Shown: in pieces, positions 56,901 to 64,000 of the stretch
Position numbering within the stretch: position 1 is the first letter of the stretch
Layout of the letters: each line of letters opens with the position of its first letter
Made by a program: the position numbers and the translations under genes
Source of the DNA: Cyanophora paradoxa CCMP329
Taxonomy: Eukaryota > Plantae > Glaucophyta
NCBI GenBank assembly: GCA_004431415.1
Contig: QPMI01000451.1
Span: forward strand, 66,091-130,090
Direction of reading: 5' to 3'
Length of the DNA: 64,000 nucleotides
Notes under the pieces: generated by a model
Seen by the model: the letters and a program-made list of their open reading frames with translations, nothing else
What the model was told of the DNA's origin: nothing
Database searches by the model: none

Positions 56901-58994
56901 GGCCCCGCGCAGGCCGAGGCGGTCGTCGTGCAGGCGCCGCCCTTCGCCCTCCAGGCCGCCCTCGCCCCCGCCCTCAACGGCACCCTCGCCCCGCTCCCCG
57001 CCGGCCAATGGCACCTCGTCGACCTGCGCGGCTACCGCGAGGAGGCGGCGAGCGGGACGCAGAACCTGACCCTCGCGGGGGCCGGCCCCGCCCTCACCGC
57101 CTCCCTCCCCGCCGGCTTCTTCGCCTTCCGCCCCGCCGGTGCGCCCCCGGCCGGCGCCCCGCCCCGGCCCACTCCCCGACGAGGCCGGCGCAGACGTGGG
57201 CAAGGTGCTCGCCGCCGGGGGCGGCTGGGGCGTGGTGGTGGAGTGGCGGAGCGGGCGCGAGGTGGGCGTGGCGGCGTGGCAGGCGATGGCGGCGGGGAGC
57301 TACCGCCCCGGCAACTGGAGCATGTACCGCCTCGACTTCGGCGCCGACTTCGCGCCCCTGCCGCACGCGTGCGCCACCCCCGGCCCCGCGGCCGGCGCAG
57401 GGGCGGGGGCGACGGGGCGGCAGGGAGCGGGAGGCGGTGTGGCGGGTGGAGGCGGGCCCGTGCCCGTACGCGGCGCTCCGGGACGAGGCCGGCCCCGTGC
57501 GCTACCTCGACATCGGCGAGCGCACCAACTTCACCGCCTTCGCCGCCCCCGCCCCGTCGAGCTCCTCCTCGGGCCCGCCCCAGCCCCGCCCGCCCCGCCC
57601 CGCCGCCCCGCGGCGAGCGCTGAGACGGGGCGGGCGGGCAGGGTCTCGAACCCCGGGGACTTCGCGGTGGAGACGCGGGCGGTGCGGGGCGTCGCGGGGG
57701 GCCTCCCCGGCCGCCTCCTCGCCGTCTCCGTCGCCGAGCGCGGGCCCTCCGCCCTCGGCGCCGCCGCCTTCGCGGTGGGCCCGCGCGGGCCACCCTCCGC
57801 TGCCCGCGCCGGCCGCCGCCGTGCACGTCGTCGCGGGGTGCGACCCGAGCAAGCGGCTGCAGCAGACGCCCTTCGCCCGCGACGTGCGCGCCCGGGGCCG
57901 GGCCGGGGCGGGGCGGCGGGGCGGGGCGGGGCGTGAGGCGGGCGCAGGCGGCGCTGCGGCTCTCGGAGGAGGACTTCCTGGAGGGAGCGCGCAGGCGGAC
58001 GGCGTCGCCCTCGTCGAGCGCCTCCCCGCCAACTACCGGCCCCCCTCCAAGCTCGGCCGCGGCATCCCCACCAACGACCACCTCTACGCCGCCGACCCCT
58101 CCAAGCCCCGCTACTTCGACGTCTACGAGGTCAGCCGCTCCTCCGGCCGCCTCAAGCAGTGCGCCGGCAAGGCGAGCCGCGCCGAGTGCGGCTGCACCCG
58201 CGCCATGCGCCTCTCCCAGCGCGCCGCCTTCTCCGACTGCATCGACCGCGTGCGCCCCCCGCCCGCCCCCCCACCCCCCCCCCCCCCACCCCCCGGCGCG
58301 GCGCCATGCGGCCGAGCGGCGGGCGGGGCGCAGGTGCTGCGGGTCTTCCAGGGCGGCGAGTTCGTCCCGAAGCTGGAGCTCTACACGGACGCCGCCGGCG
58401 TCCAGCCCCTCCGCCTCGTCTACCAGGCCCGCCCCCCCACCCCCCCGCCCCGCCGCCCCGGCGGCCCCGGGCGAGCCGGGGCGCAGCTGACGGAGCTGAA
58501 CGGCCGCGACGACTGGACGGTCAAGGGTGGCGCCGACGGTGCGGCGCACCGGCCCCGCGGGGGCGGGGCGCGCCTCACGGGCGGGCAGTGTCGCTCTCGG
58601 ACGCGAGGAACTACGACCCGCTGGGGTCGCCCCTGCTCACCCCCAACTCCACCGCCATCACCTTCAAGGCCCGCCCCGCCCCTCGCTCCCACCTGGCCCC
58701 GCCCCGGGGGCCGACGGGGCGCAGGGGATCGAGCTGTACCACTTCCGGGCGCGGGTGGCGGGCCCCACGAACTGCCACCTCACCACCGAGTTCATGGCGC
58801 GTGGCCGCCCCGCCCCGCCCCGCCGGGGGCAGCGCGGGGCGGGGGCGAGCGGGGCGCAGGTATGGTCGTACGGGGCGCAGCTGCAGTCGAGCCTGGGGTG
58901 GGTGACGATCTCGGTGACGGGCGTCGCCATCGCCCTCCTCCTCTTCGGCGTCTACCTCTACCACGTCCGCATCCACGGCGCCCGCTTCGTCTGA
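53910..58994 (+). CDS. CATSPERB: CatSper channel auxiliary subunit beta homolog with N-terminal PKD domain (type I membrane protein)
   Basis: Signal peptide; PKD motif IDASRSFD...TYDFGDG...HTY; VVAGCDPSKRL; LPANYRPPSKLGRGIPTNDHLYAADPSKPR...GRLKQCAGKASRAECGCT...AFSDC; ELYHFRARV...CHLTTEF; single C-terminal TM helix. Confidence 0.85.
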
Positions 58995-59576
58995 CCCCGG
59001 CCCCTCTTCCCCCGCCTCCCCAACACGAATCGTGATGATCCATGAACGCAATAGCACGGGAAAGCTGAGAGGGCGAGGGGCCCTGGGGGGATCCCGGAGG
59101 AGGGGGGAGTGTGTGTGTGCTCCGGTACCCCTAGGGGCCCGGTTTATAGTCGTCCCCCTCACTCCTTCCCCGGTTTGACCCGGGCCCCTACGGCGTGAAA
59201 GCCAACAGGGGGGAGCTCCTCCCACATGTAGGAGGCGGGGGAAGACTTCGCAGCTAGCTTATAGCTTAGGCTGCAAGTTAGGCAGGTTACCTGTGGGGCA
59301 TAAGCACTGGTAGCTCTCATGTTTTCAGCAGCCTTTCCACCGTGGCACTGCAATGTGTACGTGCGTTCCAGATCTAGAGGGCTGTTTCTGGGGGTGGGTT
59401 GTTCCAGCACACGTGTGCTTGCTCGTCATCATTCGGCGTCAGTTTCCCCCTGCACTGCGGCATATCCTGCATCGCGAGTGACCACTGTTATTTTTGAGCT
59501 CCTTAGCCTCCTCCAGTGCTCAGCCAGCTAGCTATAGGAAGCCCTGGAGGGGGGCCAGGGGGGTAGAGGCTGAGCA

Positions 59577-60597
59577 ATGTTCGTCGCGGCTGCAGGCCTT
59601 CGAATTCCCGGGAGTCTGCACACGCGCTCGCGCGAGCAATTGCAGTGCTTTTCTGTAGCGATTCGTGATCTAGAGCCTGGTCGACGGGCCGGCGCGCTGG
59701 ATCAAGTTGCCCGCTGCCAACGTTCAGAGGTCCGATACAAAGCCTCCTCCGCCTGCTTTCCTGACCCGTGGAAAGTTCCTCGGCTCGACGCACTCTCTTG
59801 TACGGCGCTTCTCGAGCGAGTGCCGTGGCACGCCGGCACCAGCACTGCGGGAAATGACAGTCCAGGCGGCAAACGGCGCTTCCGTGCCGCTGAAAGCTGG
59901 TGCGACCCGCGCGGCCGCCCTTCACCAAAGAGCCTAAAGGCGCCGCCCCCGGCCCACGATCCGTAAAAGCTAGCTAGCTGACCTCGCGCCAAAATGCAGT
60001 CCCCGCAACAGAAGAAAACTTCGCTCCGTACGGGCAGGTGCTCAGCTTATCTTGTCCTGATGCATACGCACCTGAAATGCAACGCGCTGTACAGCTCATC
60101 GCAGTCGGCGGCGATGAAGCGGCGCTCGATCTGTCCGCTGGGAAACCCCGCCTGTGGCTCATGCGGATTGACGGATCTCGCGGAATGAATTTCAACAAGA
60201 TCACACACCACGCGCGCGTTACACAGGTGCGGTCGAGGGCCGCGCGCGTGCACGTATACGTACTGCGGCGGTCCTTAAGCGTCTCTGGGGCAGTGCCTGG
60301 GCTCGACGGACGGGCGGCCCTGGTACATGGCGGTCGTCCCGCCGGGGGAGCATCCGACGCACGAGAACCTGCGAGCCTTCCGCATTCCGGGCGGAGCGTT
60401 CATCAAGCTCGAGCGGGGGACGTGGCACGCCGGGCCACACCTCACGGGGGACGCCATCGTCTTCTACAATCTAGAGCTGGAGGACACGGTCCGTTCTAGT
60501 TCGTGCTGCTCCGGTCTAGATCGATCTGACAATGTATCAGAATGATAACGACCACACGACCGTCGAGCTGGGTGCTGATTTCGAGATCCTGGAGTAA
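59577..60597 (+). CDS. Ureidoglycolate lyase/hydrolase-like cupin (plant/cyanobacterial type) with transit-peptide-like leader, 5 exons
   Basis: Spliced VPATEENFAPYGQLI, LDLSAGKPRLWLM, ITHHARVTQCLG, AFRIPGGAFIKLERGTWHAGP, FYNLELEDTNDNDH; stop at 60595-60597. Confidence 0.85.
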
Positions 60598-60911
60598 AAT
60601 GCACTACACGCGTGTAGTACTTGTATACGTAGCTGTAGGTATACTTGTAGATAGTACTGCTCAGCACTCGAGCTCAGCACTTGTACTGCGCGCGCATGCG
60701 CATGCGGCGCCGCGGCCGCGGCTAGCGCTAGCGCTGCGCGGTGGGCGCCACGGCGCCGGCGCTGGCGCAGCGCCGGCGCCCGCAGGGTCAGGGGCACCAG
60801 CTAGCAGGCTCGAGGATATCGATCCGGAGCTCGTTCTCTGCCGTCCGACGGTCGCTTCCGGGCCTCTCAGGCGAGCGCTAGCTCGAGGTCCTCGGGGAGC
60901 GTGCAGCGTCA

Positions 60912-60914
<3 letters not shown>

Positions 60915-60994
<80 letters not shown>
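60915..60994. repeat. (AT)40 microsatellite
   Basis: Directly visible. Confidence 0.98.
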
Positions 60995-60999
<5 letters not shown>

Positions 61000-63900
61000 A
61001 GGGTGTCCGGTACCCCGGAAAATTGAGCGAAGGCCCGCGAGCGAGTAAGCCGGCGCAGTGGGGCTTCCCAAACGCGGGTGCCTGCTAGCACTGCACGTGG
61101 CCGGTCCCAAAACTCGCGCGGCCGACGCTCTGTAGCTTAGTCCAACCGAACACGAGCTGCAGCCTCCCCCAGCCGCCCAGCCGCCTTCCCATGGCGGCAA
61201 GCTCCGCCAAAGAGGCGGCGACCACGTCGGAAGCGCTCCAGGACGCCCCGACGCCCCGCCCCCTCCTCACGGTCGCATTTTTGAATGTCGAAAGCCTCGC
61301 AGGCATCTCTCGCCGCATCTGGCTCGCAGGCTGGCTCAAACGCACCAAAGTAGACATCCTGGGCATCATAGACCACCGCCTCCGACCGCGCCAAATCGCG
61401 AACTTCGCCCAGCGCATCGAATCCACCTGGCGCGTGCTCATTCCGCCAGCAGCAGAGCTCAAACCCAACGTCTGGAGCAGAGGAACGGGTTTCCTCGTCC
61501 GTAAGACCATCCCGGCTCTCCCGGGAGCGACCGCGGCGCTCGTCCCCCTCCCCTCCACGCCAGGCGTCGCGCCGCACGACATCACAGTCCTGCGCCTAGA
61601 GAGCGACACAAACGCGTACCACATCGTCTGCCTATACGCGCCCAACGACGCTGCCTCGCAGAAACGCCTTGCGGAGGGCGCAGCCCTAGCGATCGAATCA
61701 CTGGAGATCCCCCCAGACGACGCCCTCATCCTCGGAGGCGACCTCAATGCCTACGCACTCCCACATCTAGAAAGCCGGCGCCGCGCCGGCGCCCCGCCCC
61801 CGTTCGGGCACTGGAAAACCCTCCTCGCAGACCTGAACCTGTTCGATGAGCACCGGCGCCGGCGTCCCCGCGACCGCATCTACACGCGCTGGCACCGCAA
61901 GACAAACCGCTTCGACCAGAATGCGGCGCGCCTCGACCACGTCTTCCTCTCGGCTGATCTGTGCGTAGCCGCAGACCGCGTCGGCATCCTCCGCACGGCG
62001 GGCGCGGCCCCACGCCCCGACCACGACGCCGTCTACGCGCGCCTGCATACCGACGCGGTCCTGGAGCCCCGCAAGTCCCGCTTTCGGCTCCTCGACAGCG
62101 TCCTCCGCCTGCCCGACTTCCAGAGGGAAGTCCGCAAGCTCACGGTAGCCGCGCTCCCGCGCCAACCGGCCCGCAACACACCAGATTGGCAACGCTGGCT
62201 CGACGACCTCTTCGCCGAGTACAGGGAGCTCGCCCGCCGGACCCGCCCGCAAGCTGACTCGGCCCGCCGCGAAGCGCGCGATACGATCGCAGGCCTCTGG
62301 CGCGACGCGGAACAGGCGCTCCAAGACGCCGAGCTCGATACGACTGAAGAAGACTACGCCATCGCCGACATGGGCTACCTCGCCGTCCAGGAAGCCGCGC
62401 TCGACGCCGCCGACGCCGCTCTTAGCTCGCGCAAGCACCTAGAGCGCTCCCTAGCGCACGCGCACACCGTCCCCCCGGACCTAGCCCGCCACATCAAGTA
62501 CTCGTCGGCTGACAACCGCATGCGCTCTCTGCAGCCGTACCCCCCCAGCGAGGGTACCCCCGCGGCGACGACGGAGGAGGACATGGCAGCCTACGCCTGC
62601 GCATACTACGCCGAGCTTCTCACGGCCCAGCGTCCGCTCCCCCCCGACCTCCCGGCGGCCCCGCCGCAGCCCTCGCCGCTGCGGTCGGGTCCGCCGGCTC
62701 CGCCAGATCTACGGGCGCAAGAGCAGTCCAATGCTCGCCCAGCTACACCCGCGGGGTCTGAGCCAGATGGCGCTCGCTCGCACGCATCGGGGTCTGAGCC
62801 GGACGACGCTCGCCCGAGAACGAACACAGGGCCCTCGGGCCCGGTGGACGTGACCCCGGAAGCCGCCGAGGCCTTCCCGGTGGTGGTGGCCAAGCTCCGC
62901 GCGGCCTACCTCCTCACGCCTGAGGACCCCCTCTCCCACGAGGAGGCGGAGCTCCTCTCCCGCTGCACTGACACAGCGCCCCCGCACTTGTACCCCCCGA
63001 TGCGCGCCCCCTATACGGTCGGCGAAGTCGAGACATGCCTTAAAGACATGAATAAGTCCACGGCGCCGGGCGAGGACGGCCTCACCGTTAAATTCTATCT
63101 TACGTTCTGGGACATCCTCGGCCCGATAGTCACGGAAAGCTATAACTGCGCACGGGCCCTGGGTACCCTCTCCGAGCGCCAGCGCACGGGCCTGATCCAA
63201 CTGCTATATAAGAAGGGCGACCGCGATAAGATACAGAACTGGCGCCCGATCACCCTCCTGCAAATCGACCGCCGCCTCCTAGGGGCGGTCCTAGCCAAGC
63301 GCATTGCACCCGCATGCCAGCACACGATCAGCTCCGTGCAGACGGGCTTTATGCAGGACCGCTGTGGCTCAGACAATGTCTGGCAGATGCAAGCTGTTAT
63401 CCGTCATGCGGACCGACAGGGCATGCACGTAGTCATCCTGAACACCGACTTCGAAAAAGCGTATGACCGCGTGGAGCACCTCTATGCACTCCGCGTCCTC
63501 GCGGTGCAGGGATTCCCACTGGAGTTCCTAGCCGATGTCCGCGCCGTCACTAAAGGCGCGCGATCAAAACTGATGATCAACGGGACCATCTTCCCCATCA
63601 TCCTCCCAGTGACACGCAGCGCGCTACAGGGCGACCCCTTTGCATGCATGTTCTTCAACACGCAGCAGGAGCCCACCACACGCGACATCCTCGCCGACCC
63701 GGAAATCACCGGTGTACCCGCCCCCCGGGTCCCCCGGATCGAATCCAAGCTAGTCCAATATGCAGACGACGCAGCGCACTCGCTCAAGATAGATCACCGC
63801 AGCCCAGATCCGGGCCGCCCGGTCAAGAAGACCATAGCTAAGTATCAGAAAGCGGGGAAATACAACGGCTCATCGCTCAACCTGGGTAAAACCGAGGGCA

Positions 63901-64000
63901 TGCTGGCGGGCGCAGCAGCACCAGCAAAGCGACCCGGCCAGCCAACGGCGCTCCCGGCATGGACCCAGTCAATCCCGATCCGCTGGGTCAAGACGACGTC
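60995..64000 (+). mobile_element. Non-LTR retrotransposon (L1/Tx1-like LINE), running off the window end
   Basis: About 195-nt leader, then an intronless APE+RT ORF. Confidence 0.92.
61191..64000 (+). CDS. LINE polyprotein: AP endonuclease + reverse transcriptase (3' incomplete)
   Basis: ATG at 61191; FLNVESL, CLYAPN, GGDLN, RLDHVF, PDHDAV (APE); APGEDGL..FYLTFW, NWRPITLL, QTGF, DFEKAYDRV, QGDP, YADD at 63759 in the same frame. Missing from the ORF track, consistent with no stop before the window end. Confidence 0.93.
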   Translation, partial: MAASSAKEAATTSEALQDAPTPRPLLTVAFLNVESLAGISRRIWLAGWLKRTKVDILGIIDHRLRPRQIANFAQRIESTWRVLIPPAAELKPNVWSRGTGFLVRKTIPALPGATAALVPLPSTPGVAPHDITVLRLESDTNAYHIVCLYAPNDAASQKRLAEGAALAIESLEIPPDDALILGGDLNAYALPHLESRRRAGAPPPFGHWKTLLADLNLFDEHRRRRPRDRIYTRWHRKTNRFDQNAARLDHVFLSADLCVAADRVGILRTAGAAPRPDHDAVYARLHTDAVLEPRKSRFRLLDSVLRLPDFQREVRKLTVAALPRQPARNTPDWQRWLDDLFAEYRELARRTRPQADSARREARDTIAGLWRDAEQALQDAELDTTEEDYAIADMGYLAVQEAALDAADAALSSRKHLERSLAHAHTVPPDLARHIKYSSADNRMRSLQPYPPSEGTPAATTEEDMAAYACAYYAELLTAQRPLPPDLPAAPPQPSPLRSGPPAPPDLRAQEQSNARPATPAGSEPDGARSHASGSEPDDARPRTNTGPSGPVDVTPEAAEAFPVVVAKLRAAYLLTPEDPLSHEEAELLSRCTDTAPPHLYPPMRAPYTVGEVETCLKDMNKSTAPGEDGLTVKFYLTFWDILGPIVTESYNCARALGTLSERQRTGLIQLLYKKGDRDKIQNWRPITLLQIDRRLLGAVLAKRIAPACQHTISSVQTGFMQDRCGSDNVWQMQAVIRHADRQGMHVVILNTDFEKAYDRVEHLYALRVLAVQGFPLEFLADVRAVTKGARSKLMINGTIFPIILPVTRSALQGDPFACMFFNTQQEPTTRDILADPEITGVPAPRVPRIESKLVQYADDAAHSLKIDHRSPDPGRPVKKTIAKYQKAGKYNGSSLNLGKTEGMLAGAAAPAKRPGQPTALPAWTQSIPIRWVKTT

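Noticed and set aside
59045-59570. Possible further small element between CatSper-beta and the cupin gene
   Set aside because: Composition differs from the flanks, but I found no convincing IR, hairpin end or second copy.
60909-61091. ORFs with (IY)n repeats
   Set aside because: Simply translations of the (AT)n microsatellite.
1-64000. rRNA, tRNA, snRNA or telomeric repeats
   Set aside because: None recognised by eye. A covariance-model scan would be needed to exclude small RNAs.

Overview
This is eukaryotic nuclear DNA from a very GC-rich, intron-dense protist or alga. A Cyanophora-like glaucophyte is my inference, not a determination. It rests on an isoamylase, cyclopropylsterol isomerase, a transit-peptide-like leader with Phe at position 2, and a CatSper-beta homolog. 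Nearly all long ORFs in the supplied track are artefacts of GC content. The real genes are split by many roughly 50-110 nt introns, often with GC donors and C-rich/G-rich self-complementary bodies. Gene block 1 (0.15-11.1 kb): TAF1B/RRN7, an OSCA/TMEM63-like channel, a CorA transporter and a hypothetical gene. A 22-kb repeat island (11.2-33.1 kb) contains several non-autonomous Helentron/Helitron2-like elements, an 8.6-kb foldback element with 160-bp satellite arrays in both arms, a collapsed palindromic sister copy, and a nested non-coding LTR element with five LTRs and a CCTT target duplication. Gene block 2 (34-60.6 kb): a Pro-rich protein, PMP22/Mpv17, INTS3, GET4, a CBM48-extended isoamylase, a GPI-type secreted protein, CPI1, a PKD-domain CatSper-beta homolog and an ureidoglycolate-lyase-like cupin. 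The window ends in an apparently intact single-ORF L1/Tx1-type LINE abutting an (AT)40 tract. Gene models were spliced by eye, so some boundaries are approximate.
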